Shown: in pieces, positions 53,531-64,000 of the stretch
Position numbering within the stretch: position 1 is the first letter of the stretch
Layout of the letters: each line of letters opens with the position of its first letter
NCBI GenBank assembly: GCA_022709715.1
Contig: JAKLIH010000001.1
Coordinates: 64,225 to 128,224 of the forward strand
From: Patescibacteria group bacterium
GTDB taxonomy: Bacteria; Patescibacteriota; Minisyncoccia; UBA6257; JAKLIH01
Direction: 5' to 3'
Length of the DNA: 64,000 nucleotides
The notes under the pieces: generated by a model
Told to the model about the DNA's origin: nothing
Databases searched by the model: none
What the model saw: the letters and a program-made list of their open reading frames with translations, nothing else
Translations under genes and position numbers: made by a program

Positions 53531-54592
53531 ATGGATAAAAAAATTACAACAAAAGATGAATTAACAGAATTTTTACTTTACACTTCACCAAGTGGAGAAA
53601 TAAAAGTAGAAGCATTTCTATATAATGAAAATGTTTGACTTACACAAAACAGGATTGCCGATTTATTCGGTGTAGCAAAATCAACTATTAGCGAACATTT
53701 TTTTAATATTTTTGAAAGTAAAGAATTAGAAAAAGAGTCAACTGTTCGGAATTTCCGAACAGTTCAAAAAGAGGGTAGTAGAGAGGTTGTAAGAAACTTA
53801 GAATTTTATAACTTAGACGGAATTTTATCTGTTGGGTATCGAGTTAATTCAACCCAAGCAACCAATTTTCGTATTTGGGCAAACAAGATTTTGAAAGAAT
53901 ATATTATTAAGGGCTTTACCATGGATGATGACAGATTAAAAAGAGGACACTATTTCGGCAAAGATTATTTTCAGGAATTATTAGAAAGAATTCGCTCAAT
54001 TAGAACAAGTGAGAGAAGGATTTATTTACAAATTACTGATATTTTTGCGGAGTGTAGCATTGACTATGATAAAAATTCAGATATTACAAAGAACTTTTAT
54101 GCTATGGTACAAAACAAATTTCATTTTGCAATAACCAATAAGACAGCTGCCGAGATTATTTATAAAAAAGCCGATGCAAAAAAAGAAAAAATGGGTCTTT
54201 TATCTTGGACGAATTCTCCAAAAGGTAGGATATTAAAATCAAATACAATAATTGCCAAGAATTATTTAGAAGAAGCTGAAATCAAAAAATTAGAAAGAAC
54301 CATTTCAAGCTACTTTGACTATATTGAAAGAATGATTGAGGCCCATACAATATTTACAATGGAAAAACTGGCAAAATCAATAAATGAATTTTTACAATTT
54401 AACAAATATGAAATATTAAAAGGAAACGGTAAAATTTCTCATACAAAAGCAGAATTAAAAGCTTTTAGAGAATATGATAAATTTAATAAAACACAAAAAA
54501 TTGATTCTGATTTTGAAAGGGAAGTTATAAAGCGCCTTGAATCAGATGGAGATAAAGATTCAAAAGAAAAAGATAAGAAACAATACAATTAA
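53531..54592 (+). CDS. RhuM-family protein
   Basis: ENV-W-LTQ (TGA at 53636-38), YNLD..ISVGYRVNS..AT.FRIWA..L.EY..KGF. Confidence 0.85.
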
Positions 54593-54773
54593 TGGTAAAA
54601 TTTGATTTCTAATGAATAATGTTTGTTGTGTTTAACCATTTTTAAATCCCTTTTCAATCCAAAATTCTAAGCTCGTTTAGGAATGAGAGATCCCGCCTAC
54701 CATAGATAGGCGTAGCGGGACACCCACACTATTGTTATTTTTCTAAGAAAGATACTTTTGGTTAGATTGTTTG

Positions 54774-54846
54774 AGGTCACTGTGGGAATTGCACCCACGA
54801 ATAACGGTTTTGCAGACCGCAGCGTTAGCTACTTCGCCAAGTGACC
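54774..54846 (-). tRNA. tRNA-Cys (anticodon GCA)
   Basis: GGTCACT...AGTGACC-T; anticodon loop CTGCAAA. Confidence 0.85.
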
Positions 54847-54929
54847 ATATTTGATTTTGATCAATTCTTTTTGTAGGTGCTTTGAAATATCTATATTTAA
54901 ATTATATCAAATTTATATTATTATTCAAG

Positions 54930-55229
54930 TTATTTTTCTTGAACTAGCAATAATTTTATTCTGGGAGCCATGCGACATCTTAAATGTTTATTCAAATATT
55001 GCTGGATGTGATAAATATCTTTTTCGATTTCAGGAAAGACAACTAATTCTTTTTCTTTTGGAAAAATTGATAAATAAATTTTAGCTGAATCCATTTTGTC
55101 ATTAAGAACAACGTCTACAACTGTAATAAGAGTAGATCTATCGGTGTAATCGTTAGTTTCAATGTAATTAGCAATAATTTTACCAATTTCACCTGATCTT
55201 AATAATTGAGTTTTTTCTCGATTATCCAT
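54930..55229 (-). CDS. rbfA: ribosome-binding factor A
   Basis: RbfA-like sequence; follows infB. Confidence 0.85.
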   Translation of the reverse strand: MDNREKTQLLRSGEIGKIIANYIETNDYTDRSTLITVVDVVLNDKMDSAKIYLSIFPKEKELVVFPEIEKDIYHIQQYLNKHLRCRMAPRIKLLLVQEK

Positions 55230-55231
55230 AT

Positions 55232-56713
55232 TTAAATATAAAATTTTAATAAATCGTTAGTTTCGATTATAGTTTTTGAATCAATCATTAATCCGCATTC
55301 ATTGATGCTACCTAAAGAGTTTACTTTTTGTTTTTGACATTGAATGCCAACAATTTTACCCTTGCCAATATCTTGATTATCGCGTTCAATGGAAAATTGA
55401 TCGTTAATATTTATTTTACCATCAAAAACTTCTCCACCGATTACTTGATAATCTTTAACATTATTAAATTTTGCTAAAATTTTTACTTGACCAACTATTT
55501 TGGGTTTTTCTTCTTCTTGGCTTAAAACATCGTTTTCAATTTGTTCTAAGATTTCATAAATAGTATCGCCATAATATATTTTAATATTTTTGGTTTCAAT
55601 AAAATTATTAATATCATTTTCGCTTTTCATACGAAAATTAATAATAGCAGATTTAGTTAAATCGGCTAATTTTACATCTTTCTCATTAATATTGCCAATA
55701 TTGTTATCTATAATTTTAAAACTAACATTTAAATTTTTAGCTAAAACTTGTAAGCTATGAATCAAGGCTTCACATGATCCAATACAATCGGTTTTGACCA
55801 AAATATTAATCACTTTTTCAGTATTTTCGCCAATAACTTGATTGCGACAAAAATCAATGGCTATATTTTGTTTTAAGCTATTTATTAATTCATCGGTTAT
55901 AACATCGCCAGCTATAAATTCACTACCCGATTCAGGCAAATCATTAAAACCAACGACAATGGCAGGGGAAGAAAATGTTAGAGTTGATTTATTTTTGCCT
56001 AAAAAGTCTTTTAACATTTTAATTTTCCCATCGGTATTTGAGGTTACAATATTGTCACCAATATGTAGTGTTCCATCTTTTATGATTAGTGTGGCGGTAA
56101 AACCACATTTAGCATCCATGTGTGATTCTAACACAAAACCACGAGCAATATTGTTTGGGTTGGCTTTGGCTTCGGCTAAATCCGATAATAAAATAATCAT
56201 TTCTAATAAATCATCCACATTTGTTCCGTCTTTAGCCGATATTTCAATACAGGGCACATTACCACCTCGACCTTCAATAAATATATCATGCTGAGCCAGT
56301 TCATTTTTGACTTTTTCTACATTGGCGTTTGGACGATCGATTTTATTTATAGCCACAATAAAAGGAATATCGTTAACACGAATATGCTCTAAAGCTTCTT
56401 GAGTTTGAGGTTTAAAGCCTTCATCTGCCGCGATAATTAAAATAGCAATATCAGCGATTTTAGCCCCCCTAGATCTTAAAGATGAAAAAGCTTCGTGCCC
56501 CGGTGTATCTAAAAAGGTAATTTTTCTTTTTTGATTTTCAACATCAATTTCAATTTCATAAGCAGCAATATGTTGAGTGATATTACCACTTTCAACCAAA
56601 ATAGACTTGTTATGTCTAATATAAGACAACAAGGTAGTTTTGCCATGATCAATATGGCCGGTAACCACTACAATTGGTGGTCTTGGAACTGATTCTTTAT
56701 TTTTAATAGGCAT
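55232..56713 (-). CDS. infB: translation initiation factor IF-2 (short form, 493 aa)
   Basis: GHIDHGKTTLL, DTPGHEAF, NKID GTPase motifs. Confidence 0.95.
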   Translation of the reverse strand: MPIKNKESVPRPPIVVVTGHIDHGKTTLLSYIRHNKSILVESGNITQHIAAYEIEIDVENQKRKITFLDTPGHEAFSSLRSRGAKIADIAILIIAADEGFKPQTQEALEHIRVNDIPFIVAINKIDRPNANVEKVKNELAQHDIFIEGRGGNVPCIEISAKDGTNVDDLLEMIILLSDLAEAKANPNNIARGFVLESHMDAKCGFTATLIIKDGTLHIGDNIVTSNTDGKIKMLKDFLGKNKSTLTFSSPAIVVGFNDLPESGSEFIAGDVITDELINSLKQNIAIDFCRNQVIGENTEKVINILVKTDCIGSCEALIHSLQVLAKNLNVSFKIIDNNIGNINEKDVKLADLTKSAIINFRMKSENDINNFIETKNIKIYYGDTIYEILEQIENDVLSQEEEKPKIVGQVKILAKFNNVKDYQVIGGEVFDGKININDQFSIERDNQDIGKGKIVGIQCQKQKVNSLGSINECGLMIDSKTIIETNDLLKFYI

Positions 56714-56739
56714 TGTAATTATTTAATCAAATCTATTTT

Positions 56740-57540
56740 AATTGTGTAATGTAATTTTACACCAAATGGTATTGAAAGTCAAGCATAGGAAGAAAGATAA
56801 AAGAAAAGCAATGGTAAAACAGTAGTAAAACAATGGCAAAACAATTGTAAGACAATTTGGAAGAGTAAGAAGAAAGAGCAAATAGTAATTAAAAAATAAA
56901 GAGTAATTGGTAATGAAAAGAGTAAAGAGTAAATGGTAAAAAAAGAGCAATATGAAAAGAAAGACAATAGTAAAACCCCCACACCCAGAAAGGTTTAGAT
57001 TAAAAATAAAATTTTTAATCAGGAAATGAATGAATCCAATTTATAATTATACCTTCAATTTGAACGTTTAAACTAATAAAACAATGTTAATCACTCACAA
57101 CCTTTACTGGGTGTGGGGACTAGCAATAGTAAAACCCACCGCAACTAACCAAAGGTTAGTGTGGGGGTTGTCCCGCTTCGCCTGCCTACCGGCAGGCAGG
57201 CTCCACACCAAGTTTGCGCTAGCCATTTAAATGTTAATACAAAGCAATACCAATCATTTAAAATATTAATTTATTAGCAAACTTGGTGTGGGGATCAACT
57301 GTTTGTACATCTTAGTTTTCGAACAAAGGTGATCGTTTGAAAATTAAGATACAAACACTTGACCCCCACACTCAGAAAGTTTAAGGTTAAAAATTCTATT
57401 TTTAACCGTAGAACGATTGAACTTGCTATATAACATGTATTTTAATCAGAATGCTTAACTACAAAACATTACGTTTGTCACTCAAAAACTTTTCTGAGTG
57501 TGGGGGTTGATTTTTTGGGTAAATGTTATTATAATATACT
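56740..57540. repeat. 800-nt gene-free block of GTAA modules and large nested hairpins
   Basis: hairpins 56975-57118 and 57363-57506 (CCCCACAC.../...GTGTGGGG arms, 100-nt-plus interiors); 130-nt element 57172-57293. Confidence 0.85.
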
Positions 57541-57582
57541 TAAGAAATCGAAATTATTTTAATAAAAAAATAATAAATAATT

Positions 57583-58914
57583 ATGATTGACCCAAACAAT
57601 GCCAACAATTTAAATCCACAAAATGTAAATAACAATACTTCTGAACCAATCGATCCTAGCTTTTTGCCAAAAGATTCAAATGTTTATATCCGAACCATGA
57701 ACACTGATTTAACTGACTTAAAGTCGAGGGGAGGTGAAGCCTTGCCTTATGTAGAAACACCTTCGCCAATTAATAATATGCCTAGCATAAATGTTGGACA
57801 AGAGATAGCAAAACCGATTGATCCGATAAATCCTCCACCAATAATTAATCCCGCTCCTTCAACAGATTTTTCAAATATTACTCAGGTTAACCAACCAGTT
57901 AGTCCTAATATAGGTGGAATGGTTGATCAAAGTTTAAACAATGAGTTTAATATTCCACAAACAACCAACGATCATTCAACTTTAGAGGGGATACAATCAA
58001 AAATTAATGAATTAAATAGCGGTATTAATAATCCTAACAAAAATAATACAACTGATAATCTTAGTGCTAATTTAAATGATTCTTTGAATAAATTAATCGC
58101 TCCTGAAGAATTTAGCCCATTGTCTAACGCTGATTTAAATTCAACTCCGCCCAAAAGCAAAAACAAATTATTAGTTTTGGTATTATTAATTATTTTAATT
58201 GTATCTTTAATAGCAGTTTGGTTTTTTATAATTAGACCCAAAATGTTATCACCAAAGGTTAGTTTCAAACCAACTACTAACACCAGTTTATTAGCGCCAG
58301 CTACAACTGTTACCACACTAAAGCCAACACCATTTATTACGATTAAAGATGGCTATCAGGCCAATAATTTAGATATCGATGTATCTAAATCGCCAGAAAT
58401 TGTCACTCAAATTAGATCGGAAGCTAATAATTTATTGCCAGTTGGTGAAGTTAAAATAATTATGCCAAAAATTAAAAACCAATTTTTAACTTCTTCTGAA
58501 ATCGTTAATGCTTTTGTTGATAATATTCCACCATCGTTACTAAATAATTTAGATGAAAAATACTTAGTTTATAGTTTTTACGGTGAAGTTCATCCGGCTT
58601 TAGGCATAGTTTTGACCGTTGATAATAATGGGCTAGATCAAATTAAAGCTGATTTTTTAACTTGAGAAAAGAATCGAGAAATTGTTAAAAGCACTTATGA
58701 TCTTTGATTGTTTACAACTAAAGCCTCGACATCAAAAGCATTCAAGGAAAGAGAATACTTGGGTGCTAGCATAAGGCATTTTGATTATCCGGGAAACGAA
58801 GCTTCGTTTGTATACGCTTTTTATCAAAATAATATTATTCTTTCGACGTCAAATGAATCGATAGATGCAGCTATAAATCTTTTACAAAATCCAAATGCAT
58901 CAGTGGGACAATAA
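57583..58914 (+). CDS. hypothetical protein (Asn/Pro-rich N-terminus, one TM, C-terminal domain)
   Basis: two pieces in frame via TGA. Confidence 0.6.
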
Positions 58915-59023
58915 AATTCATTAATTAAAAAAACAGCTGGTAACAGCTGTTTTTTATTGTTGTATTTTCATCTTTTATTTGCTAATCTATAAAACGATAA
59001 ACAAAACACTAATTTATGTAACA

Positions 59024-60841
59024 ATGAAAAATCTAATAAAAAATATATTGGTAGTGGCATTGATTTTAATAGCCGTATTATTGATGTTCAGTAATAGCGA
59101 ACAAGGTTTAATTTTTAATGAAAAAACTAAAACTATTGCTATTAGCGAATTGGTAAAATTGATTAATAACAATCAGGTTGTAGAATTAGAGATAAAAAAA
59201 GATAATGTTGTAATAATCGGCAAAGATAATCATAAATCGATTGCTAAAATTAATGATGGCGAATCGGTTTTTGAGTTATTAAAATTCTATGGAGTTAATT
59301 CAGAAAAAATTAGCAATACTAAGGTTATATTTAAAGAAGATATAAATTGAATGAGTATAATCTGATATATAATAATTGCTTTAGTTCCACTATATTTATT
59401 GTTTATGGTTTTTAATATTTTTGGAAGGCAAAATAAACAGGGTCCAGGCCAAATGTTTTCTTTTAACCAATCGGGTATAAAACAATTCTTGCCTAATAAA
59501 AATAAAATAACATTCAAAAATGTAGCTGGTATGAAAGAAGAAAAAGAAGAATTGTTAGAAATTGTTGATTTTCTTAAAAATTCAAAAAAATTTACTGATT
59601 TGGGCGCAAAAATACCTAAGGGCGTTTTGCTTATGGGCAGTCCTGGTACAGGAAAAACCCTTTTGGCAAGGGCCATTGCTGGCGAAAGTAATGTACCTTT
59701 TTTCCATATTTCTGGATCAGAATTTGTAGAAATGTTTGTTGGTGTCGGTGCTTCTCGTGTAAGATCAGCTTTTGCAATTGCTAAAAAAGCTTCGCCTTCA
59801 ATACTTTTTATTGACGAGATTGATGCCATTGGCCGAGAAAGAGGATCGGGTATTGGTGGTGGCCAAGATGAAAGGGAGCAAACATTAAATCAAATATTAG
59901 TAGAGATGGATGGATTTGACAATAATACCAATGTAATCGTAGTGGCAGCTACTAATCGACCTGATGTTTTAGATAGCGCTTTATTAAGACCCGGCCGATT
60001 TGATAGGAGAATTATTTTGCATTTACCAGATATTAATGAAAGAGAAGAGATTCTCAAGCTGCATCTCAAAAATAAAAAAATTAATGGCAATGTTAATGTT
60101 CGTAAAATTGCCGAGAGAACACCTGGCTTTTCTGGAGCCGATTTAGAAAGTTTAGCCAATGAAGCCACGTTACTAGCAGCAAAAAATAATCAAAAAGAAG
60201 TAAACGAAGAAGATTTATTGAAATCAATCGAAAAAGTAATTTTAGGACCAGAAAGAAAAAGCCATATTATTCAACCCAAAGAAAAAGAAATTACGGCTTA
60301 TCACGAAAGTGGCCATGCTTTAGTTGCTTCTAAATTAAAAAATGCTGATCCCATTCATAAAATATCAATTATATCTCGAGGGCGAGCGGCTGGTTATACT
60401 TTACAACTGCCAACCGAAGATAAAAATTTTTCAACTCGGTTAGAAATATTAGACGAATTAACAACTTTAATGGGTGGCTATAGTGCTGAAGAAATTATTT
60501 TTGACGATATATCAACTGGCTCAGCCAATGATTTAAAAGTTGCATCTGAAAAAGCTAGAGCTTTTATTATGAAATTCGGTATGAGTAAATTAGGACCAAT
60601 ATCCTTAGCCGAAGATGAATCAATATTTTTAGGTAAATCATTGACATCAAAACACAATTTTTCTGAAGAATTGTCGGCTAAAATTGATGAAGAAATGAGT
60701 GGTTTATTAAACACTGCCCATAAAAAAGCCAAAGATATTATTAATGAAAATAAACCAGTTTTAGAAAAAATTGCTAAAACATTATTGGAAAAAGAAACAT
60801 TAGAAAAGGAAGAATTTTACGCATTGCTTGAAGAAAAATAA
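59024..60841 (+). CDS. ftsH: ATP-dependent zinc metalloprotease FtsH
   Basis: Walker [18 protein letters not shown] zinc motif; both Trp are TGA. Confidence 0.95.
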
Positions 60842-60879
60842 TAAACAAAAAACCGCTAAGTTTAGCGGTTTTTTGTTGG

Positions 60880-60953
60880 TGGACGATAGAGGACTCGAAC
60901 CTCTGACCTCTACAATGTCAATGTAACGCTCTAACCAACTGAGCTAATCGTCC
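60880..60953 (-). tRNA. tRNA-Val (anticodon GAC)
   Basis: GGACGAT...ATCGTCC-A; anticodon loop TTGACAT. Confidence 0.85.
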
Positions 60954-61065
60954 ATAAAGCTATATTAACATATTTACATTTTTTTATCAATATTTTTCGC
61001 TGTCATAAAAGAATTTAAATACTTGACCGATGTATTTATGTTTATTATTTTAATTAACATCTTGG

Positions 61066-61139
61066 TGGGCGTAAATGGATTCGGACCATTGACCCCGGCT
61101 TTATAAGAGCCGTGCTCTAACCAGCTGAGCTATACGCCC
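61066..61139 (-). tRNA. tRNA-Ile (anticodon TAT)
   Basis: GGGCGTA...TACGCCC-A; anticodon loop CTTATAA; T-loop TCCGAAT. Confidence 0.8.
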
Positions 61140-61213
61140 ACCAAAATGATAATTCTTTTTTGAAACAATTAATATATCGGATATTACTAATAGTATATAA
61201 ATTGGAATATCCG

Positions 61214-61252
61214 CTATAAGAGACATAATCTAACCAGCTGAGCTATACGCCC
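61214..61252 (-). pseudogene. degenerate copy of the 5' half of tRNA-Ile(TAT)
   Basis: 23 nt identical to the acceptor/D region (61231-61253) plus the TATAAGAG anticodon segment; D and anticodon stems no longer pair. Confidence 0.7.
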
Positions 61253-61368
61253 AATTAAAAATGTTATTAGTGATTTCATTTTACCAGTTTTTTAGAAGAA
61301 ATTCAAGCCTATTGATTTTTATTTGATTTTATTATATTATGATGATATATTACAATATTTTAACTATC

Positions 61369-62289
61369 ATGCAAATATTATTTAAAGATACTGGAAAAAT
61401 AAGATTTGATAAATGATTGGCCTATAAATTCCCGGAAAAAAGTCGGGAATTTTTTAACCATAATATAAAAAATGGCAAGATTTTATTAAATAAAATCATT
61501 GTTAAACCATCGATAAAATTACAAATTAATGATGAAATTGATATTGATGATAAAATTTTTGAACAATTTAAAGTTGAATTGTTGCCAAATAAAACAATAA
61601 AGCTAAAAATTGTTTTTGAAAATGATGATTTTGCGATAATTGATAAGCCGGCTGGGTTATTGGTGCATCCAGTCAAAGCTGACGATAACAATACATTGGT
61701 TAACGCCTTAATACATAAATGACCAAAAATTATAAATGTTGGCGATGATCCTTTAAGACCTGGTATTGTTCATCGTTTAGATAAAGATACATCGGGATTA
61801 ATGATTATTGTAAAAAATCAATTGGCTTTTAAAAGTTTTAAAATAAAATTTCAAAACCATAAGGTTCAGAAAATTTATATGGCCTTGATTTATGGTAAAT
61901 TAAAAAATAAAAGCGGGACCATTAATACACCTATTGCTAGATCAAAAAATAAATTCAATCATAGAAAAATAACTTTAGATAATAGTGGTAAAGAAGCTAT
62001 AACTGATTATGAAGTTATAAAAGAATTCGAAAAAACTTCTTTAATAAAAGCTTACCCTAAAACCGGGAGAACTCATCAAATCCGAGTACATCTATCTTCG
62101 ATGTCAAACTATATTATAGGGGATAATGAATACGGTTCAAGCCGAATAAACAAGAAATATAACATTACTCGTCAGTTTTTACATTCAACGGAATTGATTT
62201 TTGATTATAAAAGAGAGAAATATCATTTTATTTCTAAATTACCAAAGGATTTGTCTACCTGACTTAAACAATTTGAACAGGTTGACTAA
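61369..62289 (+). CDS. RluA/RluD-family pseudouridine synthase
   Basis: S4-like N-terminus (RFDK-W-L, Trp as TGA), GIVHRLDKDTSG catalytic motif. Confidence 0.85.
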
Positions 62290-62350
62290 TCGTTGTTTTT
62301 TTGGTAATATCTTACATGCGTATAAATTAATTGACTATAAATTAAGTAAA

Positions 62351-62809
62351 ATGACAAAAAGTATCTTTGCAATAAATGAAGAAATCAAAAAAGATTCAAA
62401 AACCGTTTTAGATAATATAAAAGTTGGCGATACAGTCAAAATTGTATTAAAGTTAAAAGAAACAAATCCAGATAAGAAATCCAAGGGTAGTAAAACCCAA
62501 ACGGTTCAAGGATTGGTGCTAGCTCGCAAACATAATAAAGAATTGGGTGCAGCCATTACCATCAGAAGTATTGTTGATTCGGTTGGGGTAGAATGAATTA
62601 TACCACTATACACTAGCGATATTATTAAAGTTGACATTCTAAAATCGTCTAAGGTCAGACGAGCAAAACTGTATTATATTCGTAGAAAATCTATAAAAGA
62701 AACGAAAGCCAAGTTGAGAAAAGAAACAAAAAAAGTAGTAGAAGAATCAGTTGGTGATAAGAAAGGTGATATTGTTGAACCAGAAACTACAGAGGAAAAA
62801 CCACAATAG
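62351..62809 (+). CDS. rplS: 50S ribosomal protein L19 with Lys/Glu-rich C-terminal extension
   Basis: VGDTVKI..., RRAKLYYIRRKS; one TGA. Confidence 0.9.
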
Positions 62810-62954
62810 ATTCATTTAAAAAAGATTTGGTAAACAAATCTTTTTTAAATGTTGAAATTTCGAAATAAACATGGTAAAATGAACAAATGTGTAATTGGTA
62901 AATAGAAAATAGTAATTAGAAAAACAATGGTAAAGCAATTGTAAGATAATGCAA

Positions 62955-63032
62955 ACAAAGTTTCTAGGTGTCTGGGTAGTCATTTGGAACATTAATTTGT
63001 TTTAGATAGCTCAGTCTTATAATACTCTTTAT
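62955..63032 (+). promoter_or_regulatory. 78-nt conserved tRNA-Leu upstream block, copy 2
   Basis: see 34305-34382. Confidence 0.7.
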
Positions 63033-63116
63033 GCCGAAGTGGCGGAACTGGCAGACGCGCTACTTTGAGGTGGTAGTGGTAGCAATACCTTGTGGGTTCA
63101 AATCCCACCTTCGGCA
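63033..63116 (+). tRNA. tRNA-Leu (anticodon GAG)
   Basis: GCCGAAG...CTTCGGC-A; long variable arm; anticodon loop TTGAGGT. Confidence 0.85.
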
Positions 63117-63135
63117 CTAGAAATTAAATCAAAAC

Positions 63136-63275
63136 CTCCTCTTTTAAAAGTTGTGCGATTAATATCGCAACTCAAATAACTCTGTAAAAAGAGAATAACA
63201 AACAATTAAAAAAATCCCTTCAATATAAAAGTAATATCTTTAACAACTTTTAAAAGAGGGGGTAAACAATAAAAT
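63136..63275 (+). promoter_or_regulatory. long-range stem that could sequester the SD, upstream of the thioredoxin-fold gene
   Basis: CCTCCTCTTTTAAAAGTTG (63136-63154) pairs with CAACTTTTAAAAGAGGGGG (63244-63262), which contains the SD. Confidence 0.5.
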
Positions 63276-63710
63276 ATGAAAAATACAAAATTTTGGACAT
63301 TAGTTATTTTAGTTATCTTTTTATTTGGTAGTTTTGGTGCTTATTTTATTAGTAGTTTAACTAGTGGCACTACTGATTTACAACTAGACAATAAAGAAAT
63401 AGAAATAACACCGACGCCCGAAGAAAACACTGATGATAAATCAATATTAATTTTTTACTCAAGTACCTGTCCGCATTGTGATAATGTAAAAAAATATTTA
63501 GCTGATAATAAAGACGGTTTGAGCGTAGGTATTAAAACCTTAAAAATCGATGATCCAAAAAATGATAAAGATAATTTGGCTTTAGCTCTGCAAAAAGCTC
63601 AAGAATGCAATTTAGGTGAAAGCTGAGGCGTTCCGCTTATGTATAACGATGGCGAATGTTTAATGGGTGATCAACCGATCATTGACTATCTTAGCCAGAA
63701 AATTAATTAA
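63276..63710 (+). CDS. membrane-anchored thioredoxin/glutaredoxin-fold protein (CPHC)
   Basis: N-terminal TM, CPHC motif; one TGA (ES-W-GVP). Confidence 0.7.
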
Positions 63711-63722
63711 TTAAAAAATGGC

Positions 63723-64000
63723 CTATTGGCCATTTTTTAATTGGCGACGATAAAGTTTATGATGATATTCAATCGCAAAACGATGAGATTCATTTTGTAT
63801 AGCTATCAATAAATTTTTTAAACCGCCGCTTAAATCCTTTAAAAAAATATATTGAATTTGCTGATTTTTGTATACGAGCAACTGTTTTTTACCTTTAGCT
63901 AATGATCCCAATAAAACATCTTTAAAATTTGGGTTCTGAGAAAAAATTGATATAGCAGCATTTAATTGAGCAATCCCGCCATCAATTAATATTAAATCAG
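63723..64000 (-). CDS. uvrC: excinuclease ABC subunit C, C-terminal part (ORF continues beyond the window)
   Basis: DLILIDGG..QL and QNESHRFAI motifs on hand translation. Confidence 0.7.
   Translation of the reverse strand, partial: DLILIDGGIAQLNAAISIFSQNPNFKDVLLGSLAKGKKQLLVYKNQQIQYIFLKDLSGGLKNLLIAIQNESHRFAIEYHHKLYRRQLKNGQ

Noticed and set aside
54600-54773. Possible ncRNA between rhuM and tRNA-Cys
   Set aside because: The GC-rich part (GTGTGGGTGTCCCGCTACGCCTATCTATGGTAGGCGGGATC on the minus strand) is a degenerate copy of the GTGTGGGG plus CCCGCTTCGCCTGCC repeat family.
8761-62950. Strand polarity (KOPS-like) of the GTAA-phased and TCAAAA modules
   Set aside because: Inverted copies exist: GTAA modules on the minus strand at 8761-8800 and 34118-34152, and TCAAAA modules in both orientations at 8487-8872. 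No consistent polarity is supported within this window.
1-64000. TGA = Gly (table 25), as in Gracilibacteria/SR1
   Set aside because: TGA aligns with invariant Trp or aromatic positions in NusA, TopA, S16, UppS, RhuM, CYTH and RluD-like proteins. I found no case at an invariant Gly. The murD positions before GLG and GG are ambiguous.

Overview
AT-rich (about one third G+C or less), gene-dense bacterial window. Most core genes are split in the six-frame track only because in-frame TGA is a sense codon. At several universally conserved Trp positions (NusA, TopA, S16, UppS, RhuM, CYTH, MazG) the codon is TGA, so I read TGA as Trp (table-4-like) and merged ORF fragments on that basis. Gene content looks like a Patescibacteria/CPR-type organism, though that placement is inference. 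It has murD, uppS, uppP, a sortase, an L,D-transpeptidase/M23 protein, four small VirB2/TrbC-like pilin paralogs, a short IF-2, dprA-topA, rel, nusA, tig, clpP, rpsP-KH-trmD, rplS, ftsH and an intein-containing gyrA. There are 11 intact tRNA genes and 3 tRNA fragments. I saw no rRNA, CRISPR array, integrase or transposase. Two kinds of anomaly stand out. (1) A set of GC-rich accessory ORFs contains no TGA at all and always stops at TAA, and each has its own promoter. These are a three-ORF cassette-like array at 363-3724 with structure-conserved palindromes and a conserved pseudoknotted RNA module, a 517-aa orphan at 29163-30716, and several small ORFs. (2) The intergenic DNA is unusually repeat-rich. 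It holds nested palindromes with conserved outer arms and variable cores, a 533-bp element with five copies of TGTCACGCGCGTGACA flanked by 43-bp direct repeats, A-tract and GTAA-phased modules next to tRNAs, and long-range stems that could sequester the Shine-Dalgarno (SD) sequence. All coordinates were hand-counted and may be off by 1-2 nt.
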